The translations under genes were made by a program, and so were the position numbers. The notes beneath the pieces are model-generated. The model was not told the DNA's origin. It ran no database searches and worked only from the letters and a program-made list of their open reading frames with translations. 64,000 bases of DNA from NCBI RefSeq assembly GCF_006345805.1, contig NC_043001.1, forward strand, positions 106,082,001 through 106,146,000. Reading direction: 5' to 3'. Each line of letters starts with the position of its first letter. The first letter of the stretch is position 1. The stretch comes from Octopus sinensis. Taxonomy: Eukaryota. Below, one piece after another: positions 1 to 15,181 of this stretch.

Positions 1-117
1 ACAGGATTTATGAAACAGCAAAAATATGAAAGACCTAATGCCTCACATTAAGTACATAATTCAACTGATTCTTAATTATATCTATCTATCTATCTATATA
101 GATATATATATATATGA

Positions 118-292
118 TAGATCGTTAGCCACTACACACATTTTTTCTCCTTGTTTTTCCTGTGTTCCTTTCTGTAGAAGAGCGTAGGCTCGAAACGTAA
201 AATACTTTTTCTATTCCTGAGCGTTATACTAATATATCTGTTTGTTTTGTACACCATCTGTCTTCGTCTTTTGTTTTTTCGGAAACTCTCCT
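118..292 (+). mobile_element. PLE-type terminal repeat fragment with HHR-like motif (non-canonical core) at 168-203
   Basis: cttt-CTGTAGA-a-GAGC gtag GCTC-GAAA-cg-TA-aaa; homologous copy at 47690-47872; flanked by microsatellites. Confidence 0.5.
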
Positions 293-345
<53 letters not shown>

Positions 346-440
346 CTATGTATGTATGTACGTATGTATGTATGAATGTATGTATATACACATATATACA
401 TGTATGCATGCTTACGTACACATACACATGTGTGTGCACA
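293..440. repeat. (TA)n/(TG)n/(TATG)n microsatellite
   Basis: direct inspection; explains the low-complexity ORFs here. Confidence 0.95.
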
Positions 441-1150
441 GTCAATTACAGGATCTCTGTCTGTGGATTTCACCTAACTCTCTCTTAAGCGTCTTTTTAA
501 ATTCAAGTACATACTCCCTTGAAGATCATAGTTATTCTTACCATTATCACCACAAGCAGCAACATCATCATGTTCACTAGCGTCGCCGCCATCATCACCA
601 ACAGCAACAGCAACGCCGTTTTCATCATATTTGTAGACATGCGAATCTTTTAAATGTAACATATTACTCTCTAACTGAAATGATGAGTAAAAGAAATATC
701 AAACAAAATCACAATAATGCAATGTGTAATGTAGAGTTTAAAACCAAATTACGATTCTTACAGCGAGTCGTCTTACTTCACCTTATATAACGAATATCTC
801 TTGTATATTTATCGGTAGCTGCCATCTTACGTGAGCTGCGCTACAATTTCTTGAATGCACTATTGACATGTTCGATAAAGTGAGTGCAAGTTATACAGCG
901 CGGTCGATTTAATCAATAATACCAATCTTCAAGAAATGTGTGACGTGTATTCATATAAGAAATCAATGTGTACCATAGATATGTTATGTAACGCCATGGT
1001 TGCAAAGGAGATGTTTTCCAATCTATAACCTCTGTACAGTTATTTAACATAAATTATTTCACATGAATGGGTATTAATTATTTGTTACAATAAATGTTAA
1101 ATAGAACGTCAAAAGGGCGCTCCGAGGTCAACTCCACTACGTGACATCTT

Positions 1151-1200
<50 letters not shown>

Positions 1201-1203
<3 letters not shown>

Positions 1204-1718
1204 ATAAATTTAGGAAGGACTTGATAAAAATATTTAAGGAGTTCGGTCTGTTCCTAACGATTACCAACGACTGGACTACGGTCGATTTCTTGAACGTAAC
1301 CTTAGACCTGAATAAGTGCAAGTATTGTCCGTTCAAGAAGCCTAACAGGGAAGCAATATACATCCACGAAGGTTTAACCCATCTTTCCGCTGTAAATAGA
1401 AACCAGGTTTCAGGCATTAGTAAGAGACTCTCTGATCAGCCAATAGAAAGGCATTTAACAGGGCCTCCCGACTACAACGATGCTTTGGCTAGAAGCGGGT
1501 TTCCCGAGAAGCGCACGTACGTGGATCACCCCCAAGCAACTTTTTCTCTCACCAAAAGGATTAGAAAAAGGAAAATTATATCATATAACTCTCCTTTCAA
1601 TTTAGAAGTTTCTTCTAACGTGGCTTGAGGTTTCCTGTCGTTAATTAAGAAACACTACCCCAGAAGCTACAAGTATTACAAACTCTTCACCCCAATATTA
1701 TGAAGGTGAGCTAGTCCA
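1201..1718 (+). pseudogene. Penelope-like retroelement ORF remnant (RT C-terminus/thumb and linker)
   Basis: VDFLNVTLDL..KYCPFKKPN..IYIH..RLS..DYNDALARSGF..RKRKIISYNSPFN, then FLSLIKKHYP after a stop; motifs typical of PLE ORFs; bounded by (TA)n. Confidence 0.85.
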
Positions 1719-1735
1719 ACTATATATATATATAT

Positions 1736-2126
1736 ACTCTTTACTCTTTTACTCTTTTACTTGTTTCAGTCATTTGACTGCGGCCATGCTGGAGCACCAC
1801 CTTTTCATCGAACAAATCGAACCCGGGACTTATTCTTTTGTAAGCCCAGTACTTATTCTATCGGTCTCTTTTGCCGAACCGCTAAGTAACGGGTACATAA
1901 ACAGCATCGGTTGTCAAGCAATGCTAGGGGGACAAACACACACACGCATATATATTTGTACATATATACGACGGGCTTCTTTCAGTTTCCGTCTACCAAA
2001 TCCACTCACAAGGCTTTGGTCGGCCCGAGGCTATAGTAGAAGACACTTGCCCAATGTGCCACGCAGTGGGACTGAACCCGGAACCATGTGGTTGGTAAAC
2101 AAGATACTTACCACACAGCCACTCCT
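1736..2126 (-). mobile_element. tRNA-derived SINE, family 1 (head + internal microsatellite + GAAACAAGTAAAAGAG tail)
   Basis: near-identical to copies at 12478, 47092, 52195, 55376, 62502; tRNA-like A/B boxes in head. Confidence 0.85.
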
Positions 2127-2151
2127 ATATATATATGTGTGTATGTATGTG

Positions 2152-2181
<30 letters not shown>

Positions 2182-2183
<2 letters not shown>

Positions 2184-2190
2184 GAGAGAG

Positions 2191-2272
<82 letters not shown>
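2182..2272. repeat. (GATA)n microsatellite
   Basis: direct inspection. Confidence 0.95.
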
Positions 2273-2273
<1 letters not shown>

Positions 2274-2468
2274 CATTTGACAACTGGTGTAGGTGTGTTT
2301 ATGTCCGCGTAACATAGATGTTCGGCAAAAGAAACCGATAAATTTGAAATCCATGCTTAAAAAGTACAAAAAAATAAGTACTGAAGTTTATCCCTTCGAC
2401 TAAGATTATTCAAGGCGGTGCCCCAGCATGGTCACAATTTAACGACTGAAGCAGGTAAACGGTAAAAG
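2272..2468 (+). mobile_element. SINE family 1, diverged 3' half
   Basis: similarity to the 3' half of other copies. Confidence 0.65.
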
Positions 2469-2799
2469 ATGAAGATAATAGATTTGAAAATGAATCGATG
2501 AGAATGTTTATTGAAATCATAGAGAAGACCTGATTGCAAAGAAACACTCGACGTTAGCTGGCTGCTGATTATTTGATTTCATAATATTAAATATTAAAAC
2601 GAAATAAAAATTTTAGCAGAAATCTCTATAAATATAAAGGTGAAGTTGTCTGTGTATGGCAGGTTTGGGTAGCCTTTAACTAACACTATCTCCTCCGAGA
2701 CCCTGCGGCGCAATTTGACTGAAATTGAGAGTATGATAGAAGAAGGCTTGCTCTCCCTTCCGTAGAAGAAAATATTCAAATCGGACCATGTTAACACCA

Positions 2800-3015
2800 A
2801 AAATTATTTACATCAAAAAGGTGGGTTTTTTTATGAAAATCCCTATATTTTACGATGTTTTTACTGCTGTGTCACCATTTTTCGGTGTATTTTAACCAGA
2901 AAAAATGTTCACTTAAAGAGAATAACAAGCTACATAATGCAAAAGTTTTACTTTTCAAAAATTCTAATTCTAAAGGGTCGAAACAAACCCGAGCAAAGCC
3001 GGGCGATACTGCTAA
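2800..3015 (+). mobile_element. Helitron-like non-autonomous element, 3' end
   Basis: CCCGAGCAAAGCCGGG hairpin followed by CGATACTGCTAAT; the same terminus at 31081-31115 ends in CTAG/T. Confidence 0.55.
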
Positions 3016-4033
3016 TAATTAAATAAATGTTTTTTTATACATAAACACTCCTGGGATTTAATGAAGGAAAGTATCTAAGTTATTAAAATTTGCAAGGCAT
3101 GAGGGGAAGTAGCGATATCGATTAGCTATTCCCTAGTCATACATTCACACGCATGGATCATAAAAACGCACCATTATATGATAATTTCAATACGAACTGT
3201 AGCAGGAATATATTAGATATTATCAGATATATATTCTGTACTTGTACACGTCTCAACTGATTTTCTACCGTATTTGATCAAAATCATTATTTTGTCCTCG
3301 CTATTATTATGTTTTCCCGGGGAAATATTATATTCAATTAACTAAACATTCCATTTAATATTCATATGTCATTATGAGATTTGAAAATAAAACGTATCTT
3401 CATTTTCACACGAACTAAAGCATCAACCTACTATCGCATGCTGATAAACAGCATGTATCTAATGCTATTTGCATGGGAATGTCTTTTAGAGAACACGTAT
3501 ACTATATATTACACCAAAGTCAATTTTTTACGAAATTCTAGAGATGTTATATAAATCTATTATTGAAGCTTTTATATCCGTTCATACTAATTATGCGTAT
3601 TCATATCGGAGAGACTTTAGAAATGTGGAACATTATAATACGATCTTCCAATTTACTAATAGTTGAGAATTTGTTCAATCCGGGAAAAGCTCGCTCACAC
3701 CATGGGTGTGAAAGAATGAAAAGAGGTAAACGAAATTTTAGTAAATGGTAGGTTGGAAAGAACTTCTGGTTTCATATAAATTCATTTTTCTTGAAACTAC
3801 ACACACAACATACTGCAGTTTAGTTTTATGAATTACTTTGTCAAACTCTCTTATAAATGGCCTCAAAAGTAAAAGTAATATCTATTTTCGATTTTAACTT
3901 TTGTCTCTCCTATGCAGAAAGACCAATTAACAGACATGCCAAGTCATGAACAACGCACAACATAAGAAGTTAAGATATAGTTTATCCAAAGATAATCTAT
4001 TATTTTAATATTTTATCATTATAAACTCTAAAA

Positions 4034-5930
4034 CAGTGGTTCCAAAAATATTCACTAACAAGGACCTTTTGTATTTAGATAAATTATCTCGTGAATCCAT
4101 AGACATTTCGAAGATGAAGAAGTTTACATTATTAGCCCCAAATTTAGTTTCCCTGTTTCATCTCTGAAAGGAAAATCACCTGCACTGAAATATGCAATTA
4201 AAGAGTAGAACGTTAGTTTTTCAACTTTTATTTAATGGTAAGATTGATTCTTGTTTTTGAATCTATGTTGTAGATTCCAGGATATTTGTAGTTAGATATC
4301 ATCCTCCACATCCAACCAGTTTCTGTAATTGGATTTTAGACAAAGCATGCGAACAAAAACCTACACACAAAAATACCAGTTAAGAATAGCATTAGATATT
4401 TCAGTTCTCCAGATATCAATTCATGCTTACACAATATTTCCACGAAGCTATTTTCTATATTTGACGTTAAATATTTGACATTCTTAACTTTTACATCCAA
4501 CAGTCCCCTAATCCAATAGTTATTGCTATCTAGAAGAGATAAGTAGTCTCTCACACTATTCTTTAACTTTAAGTGCTGAATACAATCGTTTCTATTTCTT
4601 CAGAGAGGACACCAGGGTATTAGGAAGCACTGTAATACTGTGCTCTGCAAGCGTTCAGATCACAACGCTAACATCATAATCATGGTTTCCATTTAATCTT
4701 GAACTACGACATCATTACGGACCACTCTTGTTGGTTCAAATTTAGGTATTTCTGTAACATATATATGGGTAGGAAGCACTCCGCTGGTTACGACGACGAG
4801 GGTCCCTGCTGATCCGATCAACGGAACAGCTCTCGAGAGAGATTAACGAGCAAGTAGCTCATCACTCCACAGACACGCGTACCCCTTTTTTTTACACATT
4901 TCTCGGGGAGAAAGAGTGTGACACGAAGTGTGACAAGGCTGGCCCCTTGAAATACAGGAGATGCTGATATTTGCCAGCTAAGTGGACTGAAGCACCGTGA
5001 AATAAAGAGTGTCTTGCTCAAGGACACAACGCACCGCCGAGAATCGGACTCGCGAACCTACGATCGTGAGCTGAATACTCTAACCACAAAGCTCACACAC
5101 TTTCACATATATATATATACCAGCTGAGTGTATATATACACTCACTCCTCTGGGATGATCACACACACGGTAAATGCGGAGACGTATTTCTAATGTGATA
5201 GACTATGGCCTCGAGAATAAGCAATCAGCTATTAATGGAGGAATGTCCGTTCCCTCATAAATAGCGCTGAAATACGAGAATTTAATGGCTGAGGACTTAT
5301 ACATTTCCCTGTTTTTACTGCTTACCTTAATGTTGTCTTCAGTTTCCCCGACGAGCTTCTGGCTGTCACTGTATCTCTGTATTTAGCAATGAGAACTTTA
5401 GGCATTTGGTAGTATTGAATATTCGGATTGATTCCAGTGTCTTTTTCCAATATTAAAAGAGCCCCGTCACAAATTGCTCCAGCTTATTTTGAACACAATT
5501 TCGTTTAAATAATAGAATCGTTCAAGCTATCAAACCCAGATTCATCGCTAAATGCCTTAACAATGAATGGTAAAGCAGAATTTTTTTTCAGCTATAGTTT
5601 AATTAGATTCAATAAAAACTGTCATACTCAGAAATATTCGTACTTTCATCTAAATGTCAGGAAGGGTATTCACCTTTAAGCATGCATTTCACTGACTGAT
5701 TCTTTACATTGTCAGTCGTATTTTCTGTTCGCGGAGTTAGAGTGTTTTTTTGTTAAGGAAATCACATCACAAATCCTAGCTATTCTCTATCTGTGCATTC
5801 AAGACATAATTGCATTTGGAACCGGTAGAATCAGTTTCCCTTAAGTGATATCTTCCATACCATACGATGCAAACATCATCACAGACAGCGACTATTTTCT
5901 TTATTGACTTTCCCCTTGAAAGTTGTTCTT
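4034..5930 (-). mobile_element. hAT (Charlie/Buster, ZBED5/SCAND3-like) transposase remnant, interrupted by a SINE
   Basis: minus-strand translation with stops and frameshifts: HLDESTNIS, ICDGA, YKSSAIKFSYFSA, WIRG, KSNYRNWLDVEDDI; TIR-like CAGTGGTTCC at 4034 preceded by CTCTAAAA (resembles the NTCTAGAN target). Confidence 0.75.
4765..5100 (-). mobile_element. tRNA-derived SINE inserted in the hAT remnant
   Basis: tRNA-like head (TGTGGTTAGAG..GGTTCGCGAGTCC) on the minus strand; related pieces near 28380-28480 and 61430-61510. Confidence 0.7.
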
Positions 5931-6114
5931 GTCGTGTGGTTGTGACCACATGGTTCCGGTTTCAGTCCCACTGCGTGGCACCTTGGGAAAGTGTCTTCTA
6001 CTATAGCCTCGGGCCGACCAAAGCCTTGTGAGTGGATTTGGTAGACGGAAACGGAAAGAAGCCCGTCATATATTTGTGTGTATATATATATATTATATAT
6101 ATATATAGATATAT

Positions 6115-6188
<74 letters not shown>

Positions 6189-6439
6189 ATTTATATGCGT
6201 GTGTGTGAGTGTGTGTGTATGTGCTTATGACTGTGTATGTGTTTGTCCCCCCTATATCACTTGACAACGGATGCCGGTGTGTTTACGTCCCTGTTACTTA
6301 GCGGTTCAGGAAGACAGACCGATAGAATAAGTACTAGGCTTACAAGGAATAAGTCCAAGGGTCGATTTGTTCGACTAAAGGCAGTGTTCCAGCATGGCCG
6401 CAGTCAAATGAATGAAACATGTGAAAGAATAAAAGAATA
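5931..6439 (+). mobile_element. SINE family 1 with expanded internal (TA)n/(TG)n
   Basis: both halves present around the microsatellite. Confidence 0.85.
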
Positions 6440-6461
6440 ACCTTGTTTATAGTTTTCCTTT

Positions 6462-7268
<807 letters not shown>

Positions 7269-7787
7269 AAGTTATATAGAAATTTCCATTCACAATGGCT
7301 TCCTCTTATGCGTTGAATAATTACTAAGATATCTGTAGCAGAGAGAGTTTATTCACGTATCACGAACTGAAACTAATCAAACGTCGTCATTCACATTGAT
7401 GGTGTCCAAAAAATATGTATCGTCATTATACATTGTACAGTTAGTAGTCAGTTTTTACGTCAGTGTGCGCACGTCGGAATGCCGTATAAAGCGTCACTAC
7501 TATGCAGTAGTCATAGAAACAGTTTAATACGTATGACTAATAAACGCTCTGAAATGAGGCATACATTCAAGTGATTCTTGCTTTCACACCGAAATATAAA
7601 TGTATTTCTAGTCACCATCAGCAACATATTGCTAAGTAGCTAAACATATTGGTGGGCAATAGATAGTTAGATACACGAAATATGGGTAGGTAGAGACACG
7701 AAATAGGTGTCAAAATCTCTATCTCTGTGAGTCTCTGTGGGTATACCTCTCTGTCTCTCTGGGTATAACTTGTTGGTATTTATATCG

Positions 7788-8020
7788 GCAAGCTGGCAGA
7801 AACGTTAGCACGCCGGGCGAAATGCTTAGTGGTATTTCGTCTGCCGTTACGTTCTGAGTTCAAATTCCGCCGAGGTCGACTTTGCTTTTCATCCTTTCGG
7901 GGTCGATTAAATAAGTACCAGTTACGCACTGGGGTCGATATAATCGACTTAATCCGTTTGTCTGTCCTTGTTTGTCCTCTCTGTGTTTAGCCCCTTGTGG
8001 GTAGTAACGAAATAGGTATT
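7788..8020 (+). mobile_element. SINE family 2 (GAGCTGGCAGAAACGTTAGC head)
   Basis: B-box GAGTTCAAATTCC; copies at 10218, 29812, 31258, 53775. Confidence 0.8.
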
Positions 8021-8085
8021 TATATCGGATTGTATATATATTTTGCGTTATGTATATGTGCGTGTGTGTGTATACATACATACAT

Positions 8086-8205
8086 TTCTTTTATTCTTTT
8101 ATTTGTTTCAGTCATTTGACTGCGGCCATGTTGGAGCACTGCCTTTAGTGGAACGGATCGATCCCTGAGCTTATTTTTTGTAACCCTAGTACTTATTCTA
8201 TCGGT
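8086..8205 (-). mobile_element. SINE family 1, 3' fragment
   Basis: tail sequence match. Confidence 0.7.
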
Positions 8206-9005
8206 ACGTTGAAAGTTACATACACACACTAACACACACACACACACACACCACACACACACCACACACACACACACACACACATACACACACACATACG
8301 ACCGCGTGTGTACCGTTGGCGATTTTTTTTCTTCCGATCTTATTTGAATGGGTGTGACTTACATTTTACTTATATACCAATTGCGCTGAATAAAGATCGC
8401 TCGTGGTAATATCCATCACCAATCTGTCTTAAAATTTGATGTTCGTGCCGGGAACGCTTTTAATTATCAGGGTTAATGGGTTACATAGCTTTTTGACACC
8501 ATACATTTATTTTGATTCTCTTGTCTCTTCCATATTAATCTCCAAGAATACTGTAATTTTGGATCGGATGTACATTATACTACTGTAGATTCCCATCTTA
8601 CTTTACTAGAGTTATTCAGTCAACTACACCAGCAATTAATCCGCTAGACGTAATCACTATTATCATCCCCTGTAATCACACAGAGATTAAATCGATATGA
8701 ATTCAAGTAATGATACGAGGAAGACAAAAAATATGGCCGCATACGTTTGGCATTTTATAGATTTGGTTTACTAAAATATTACCATTCCTTGTTATGCAAC
8801 ATAAAATACATTCATACAATTTCTTCAACTATTCCCTTTCAAGAAGCGATTTATTTCATGGACGGATTAAAAAGTTTGGATTACACCTGGACGTTAATCT
8901 GATCAAACATACTTTTCTCTTTGTGTACCAACTGCTCTTTCCTAACAGATTCTATGAGTATAATATCGCAGGCAGGAAATCTAACCATCTACCTGCGATT
9001 TAAAG

Positions 9006-9048
<43 letters not shown>

Positions 9049-9348
9049 ATTTAGAGGACTAACCACTAGAAAAATGGACAGCCTATATGCTAGATATAGA
9101 CGTCAAAATCGACATTTTCCACGAAGAATGTATTCTCAAAAAAAGAATTCAGCAAAAAAAAGCAAAGAAAACTGAAAATATACGAAATTCGGAAAAAATC
9201 TTCGGATGTTTTTTTTCATAATATGCTAGGCCACTGGTTTTAATTGATTAATTTCAATTTCTACTCTTATTTAGTTTTTAAATATTTATATATATATATA
9301 ATATATATATATATCCACGTGCGGTCAACACAACCTCACCATTTATTG

Positions 9349-9457
<109 letters not shown>

Positions 9458-10217
9458 TGATTCAGCATTATTCATCCTAAAGTTTTGTAGGTTTCCTACC
9501 GAAACATAACTCGTTCTGGTTAAAATCACGGAATGGAAAATTACAGAGGTCCAAGGTGGCCACTGGATTTCCCAGACGGCTACTAGAAAATAGGCTGTTA
9601 TTAGTCAAGATGGGTCACATGGGGGTGTTAGGAAATGGTTTAGAAATGAGCACTGCTTGTAACGCTTGGTTGTACAGAAAACTGATGGCGACTTGATGTC
9701 TGAGCAACCTCTGAATGAAATTGTAATCCGTGAGAGAGAGAAAGACAGAGAGAGAGAGAAAGAGAGGGAGAGAAAGAGAGGGAAGGGGAGCATGTGTGTA
9801 TGTGTGTACGTGTCTGTGTGTGTGTGTGTGTGTGTGTTACCTTAGTGACTGCTGTATAAACATGAGTTCGCGAAATTGCTCATTTCGCTACGTTAAGCGC
9901 TCTGGGGATGACTTCTTCTTAGCACTGAGTTTTGAAACACCTGGAAGTCATAGAGAGGCAATTCAGTTCATCCCCGGTTCGATTCATGTACCTCATATTT
10001 ATATGCCACAAAAATGACGAACTTTCAATAGGCATCACTCCTGAATGTGATCCGAGGCGCGTTGTCTCGCCTGTCTATGACGTTCAGGTGTTTTAACCCC
10101 TAGTGATAAGAAGGAGAGGTCCTCAAAGAACTGAGCGTCAGGGAACCGGCGAGTGAGCAAAATATAAATTGAATGTGAGACCGACAAATATTATTTTCTG
10201 CTCTAAGCACAAGGCCC

Positions 10218-10400
10218 GAAGTTTTGGGAGAGGGACCAGTCGATTAGATTGACCCCAGTACGCAACTGGTACTTAATTTATCGACCCCGAAAGGATGAAA
10301 AGCAAAGTCGACCTCGGCGTAATTTGAAGCCAGAGTGTTAAGGCTGACGAAATACCGTATTTCGGCCGCCGTGCTAACGTTTCTGCCACCTCGCCGCCTG
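10218..10400 (-). mobile_element. SINE family 2
   Basis: reverse complement of the 7788 copy. Confidence 0.75.
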
Positions 10401-12227
10401 AGACCAACAAATATTATAGCACTTGTGGTGCATCTAATTCATATTTCAAAGCACACACATACACACAGACACAGCACATAGACGTACATCACATATACAC
10501 ACATATGTGTGTGGGAGTGTGAACATCTATATATATATATTTAATGTCCGTGTGTGTGTGTGCGTATGTGTTCACTCTGGGACCTCAACTGTAAAATCTC
10601 TGGAATGTTTTACATATTTTTAATGTATCTCTAATTGACTGCATTTGGAAGACGCTACTTAACTTCGTCCCTTCATTGTGTATGCATATAACTATGAATG
10701 TATATGGGTATATATAAATACATGTATTTATAGAAGCGGTAAATATATATATTCACATTTGCTGACATAATTTTATCTTCATGAAACGAAAATAAAGACG
10801 AACGAAAGTTGAAAGCGGAGCAACATTCGAAAACTGCTTTTCTTTGTTGACGTCTCAATATAAATGTTTCAAGATTGTACTTCTTTGACTCTTGGCTAAC
10901 GGGGACTTTTTCTTTTACATTTGTTTAACACTTATATTTGAATATTATTAGCCCGATGTGGAAATTTAATGTAAGATGCTTCCCCCGTTATTTTCACTGT
11001 CCAATAAGTACTTTCGTGTATTTTGATCTTGTGATATCGAAAGAAAATCAATTCGATATTAGTATCATATATCGATTTAATAATGTGAAAGCCATCATTG
11101 GTAAACATGTTTACGTCTCTTTTCATGAGGAAACTATTCATGTAATTAAAAAGCCAACATGAATAATTGCTTCAAAACAAATTGCGATTTTTATTGTAGT
11201 AGCTTCCTCATTCAACACACACCTATTCACTAACTCCCAAAATCTACATCACGGTAAGTTACTCAGTGTTGACCAGAACACATTGCTGTATATTCGATCG
11301 CCATTAAACCCCTACTTCTGAATTTTGATAATATGTATCGGCTGATCACGTAATTTCGAAGATGTGCACAAATTTATTGTTAGATCTTAGTTACAAGACA
11401 TAAACGAGGAAGTATTGTCAGGGTTTGTGCTTGGCGTAACTATATCTATATCCGAGTATTTACGAAGGACTATTAGATTTAATTCTCATCAGAGGTAACC
11501 CTTTGAAGTTACTACATAGAGCCACATCAGCCTTAACTGATCTGAGTAATATCCAGATTGGATAATGAACCGTTACAACATTTAATGTTTGATAATGTAT
11601 ATGCGTAAGTTACGTTATTTAAAGATCCTCATACGACGCAGATATATCCATATAAGTAAGAGTCTCTACATTCAAATTTAAATTCTAAATGGATTATATA
11701 AAGAATGAAGCTTTAATATTCAGTTACAGTAAAGAGGATAGGCGATTGAGCCATTCAGGGAAAAGGGCAAGTTATTTCAAAATGTCGGTATCAAATTTTC
11801 ATTTTCTACATTCATATCTATACACGCACATAGACCATACACAGACACAGATGCATAAGTCGAACTAGGGCTGACCCACACCAAAACATACAGCCCCAGC
11901 AAATACTTTTAAACATACCTGCACGCACACACACACACACATACAATATCATGTGGGTAACAATCACATAACGTGCATCTAAAATCTCTTTTCATCGTTA
12001 TTGACTATCACGTAGCAACATACATCAATGTTCTTTTCTGAGTTCTACAAATTTGTGGGTCTCCGTTAGTAATGATATGAGAATGAAAAATCAGGGACTT
12101 AAAGCTCGAGCAACGACACATAAACAAATGTTGTAATTTGTAGTTAAAGCTGTTTCTCTATCTCTCTCTTCCTATCTATCTCTATCTCTCTATCTCTCTT
12201 TTCCTCACTCTCTATCTCTGTCTTTCT

Positions 12228-12388
12228 CAGGAGTTGCTGTGTGGTAAGTAGCTTGCTTATTAATCCCATGGTTCCGCGTTCAGTCCCACTGCGTGGCACC
12301 TTGGGCAGATGTCCTATAGTAAACCCCCGGGCAGATCAAAGCCTTGTGAATGGATTTGGTAAACGGAAGCTGAAAGAAACCAGTCGTA
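12228..12388 (+). mobile_element. SINE family 1, 5' half
   Basis: head match; followed by microsatellite and a second full copy. Confidence 0.8.
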
Positions 12389-12391
12389 TAT

Positions 12392-12462
<71 letters not shown>

Positions 12463-12477
12463 TTGTGTGTTTATATA

Positions 12478-12874
12478 GGCGCAGGAGTGGTTGTGTGGTA
12501 AGTAGCTTGCTAACCAACCACATGGTTCCGGGTTCAGTCCCACTGCGTGGCATCTTGGGCAAGTGTATTCTGCTATAGCCCCGGGCCGACCAATGCCTTG
12601 TGAGTGGAATTGGTAGATGGAAACTGAAAGAAGCCCGTCGTATATATGTATATGTATATATAAGTGTGTGTCTATATGTTTGTGTGTTTGTGATTGTCCC
12701 CCTAGCATTGCTTGACAACCGATGCTGGTGTGTTTACGTCCCCGTCACTTAGCAGTTCGGCAAAAGAGACCGATAGAATAAGTCCCGGGGTCGATTTGCT
12801 CGACTAAAGGCGGTGCTCCAGCATGGCCGCAGTCAAATGACTGAAACAAGTAAAAGAGTAAAAGAGTAAAAGAG
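12478..12874 (+). mobile_element. SINE family 1, full length
   Basis: GCAGGAGTGG head through GTAAAAGAG tail. Confidence 0.9.
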
Positions 12875-12875
12875 T

Positions 12876-12931
<56 letters not shown>

Positions 12932-12934
12932 TAA

Positions 12935-12966
<32 letters not shown>

Positions 12967-14104
12967 GTAGATAGATAGATATAGATATAGATATATATAC
13001 ACATATATATGTATGTATTTATGTATATGCGCATTTGTGCGTGTCTTGTAATTATGTGAGCGCGCGTGTGTAAGACCTAAACATTTACTGTATCATTAAC
13101 GTTTTTAATTCACCATTCCGGTCTGTCTGGTGTTAATGTTGTGTACGAAATATTATAATCACGAAACCAATAACTACGTTCTCTTCTATATTTCTGAATT
13201 CTGTTACGTTCTTAGATACGAAGTCTAATTTTAGCCTAAGCCGATTTCACTAACAATACAAACTATGAGGAAACGGCTTGAAAACTGCTTGAAAAACTGT
13301 CGGCTCCTTTCTCGCAACACTTCTAACTGTGCTGCGCAGGTGCAGGGAAATACAGAAATCAAATGACTACTCACTAAAATAGCATTAAATTTCACACTAT
13401 TAATTCTTGAGTCTATGCAAACTTTTATGTAAACAAGCCAGCGCTTCAAATGGGTCACTAAGGCGTTAATGGCAGCAGAGTAGAACGATGACTGTGTAAC
13501 CATGAGCAAAATGAAAGACAACATTCTTTTATAAATAAAACAGCTAGCAAGATAACTCTAACCTCCACTTCCCGATTCACCACTTCTTCTTCCTCTATAT
13601 CTCTCTCCTTATCACTCTCAATATTTCTTCATCGAATCATTTTCTTTCATTATATTTGAATCGTTTCACCACTTCGATTTTTCCTTTATGGTTTCCTTGA
13701 TAATCTCCATCACGTCCCCTCCTCCTCGGAGATTCTTATCCCCCACTTCGCACTCTCTCTTTCTCTTTCTCTCTCTCCTTCTCTCTCCAATTCTCTCTTT
13801 CCGTTATATCTCTACATGTCTAATATTGACTCTGCTCTCTTTCCATTTGTTATCACTCCCCACATTTATATCTTCCTATAAGTGTTCCAATGAATCTGTC
13901 TTCATCACGCAGAAGCAGATACATGCAAAGGAAGATGCACACACACACACACATACGCACACACACACACGCACACACATACGCACACGCGCACACACAT
14001 ACGCTCACACACGTGCATATATACAAACATTGAATATATACAAGCTTACACATTCATTTATATGTCTACATGTCCGTGCGATGTATATCATATACGCGAG
14101 GGGG

Positions 14105-14193
14105 TGTGCTGCGCCTCTGTATATATCAATACACAGATAAAGACAGACGTGTATATATATATATATGCATGTGCGTATCTCTCTGTCCCTCTG

Positions 14194-14225
<32 letters not shown>

Positions 14226-14323
14226 TCTCTTTCCTTCACTAAATATGTGTTTGTGTACGCATCTATCTCACCATATCTCTCTGTGCTGCGCCTCTGTATA
14301 TCAATACACAGATAAAGAGAGAC

Positions 14324-14359
<36 letters not shown>

Positions 14360-14420
14360 GTGCGTATCTCTCTGTTTCTCTCGCGCTCTCTCTCTCTTTC
14401 CTCCTCTAAATATGTGTGTG
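14105..14420. repeat. local ~178-bp tandem duplication containing microsatellites
   Basis: TGTGCTGCGCCTCTGTATAT..CAATACACAGATAAAGA at 14105 and 14283. Confidence 0.8.
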
Positions 14421-15042
14421 TGTGTGTACGTATCTCTCTTAACATATCTCTCTGCTTATTTAACCCCCTCTCTGTGTTTCTTTCATTCTTTTCTGCTTCC
14501 CACGTTCGATATTAAATTGCTCTTTGAACTACGCCATGCATGGCGTTTATTATTCATAGTTTCTGGCTTTCTTCCAACAGAGGTCATAACTTTGAATCAG
14601 CGATAAAAGCAATTTGTTCGAAGCAAAAGTGTGTACACTATATCAATCTTTCTAATATAGTACATTCTGAGAACCTCACATAAAGACATCTTTAAACTAT
14701 CAAACTTTACAAGATTCGATTAGTTTTGATGCCATGATATTTTTCTTTTGTAATATTTTTTTCCATAATCATGATATGTGGCTATCAAATATGTAGCATG
14801 TATTTGACTGATTAATCGATAAAATTCAAACAAAATTCTCTTACTAGGAGATACGGAATGATAGATTCTGATCTTAATCTTTTAAACAATAGGCTTTCTC
14901 TATTTAATTACATATTTATTAAATAATAAATATTGTATATTTGTACTTCACATAGACACACACCCACTGATACACACACACATTTACACACACATACACA
15001 CACAGACAGACAGACACACACACACAGACACACACACACACA

Positions 15043-15181
<139 letters not shown>

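Noticed and set aside
8964-8999. ATCGCAGG/CCTGCGAT hairpin
   Set aside because: Isolated 8-bp stem with no associated motif
13231-13524. 97-aa minus-strand ORF as a host exon
   Set aside because: No recognisable domain or supporting splice context; needs RNA-seq or BLASTX
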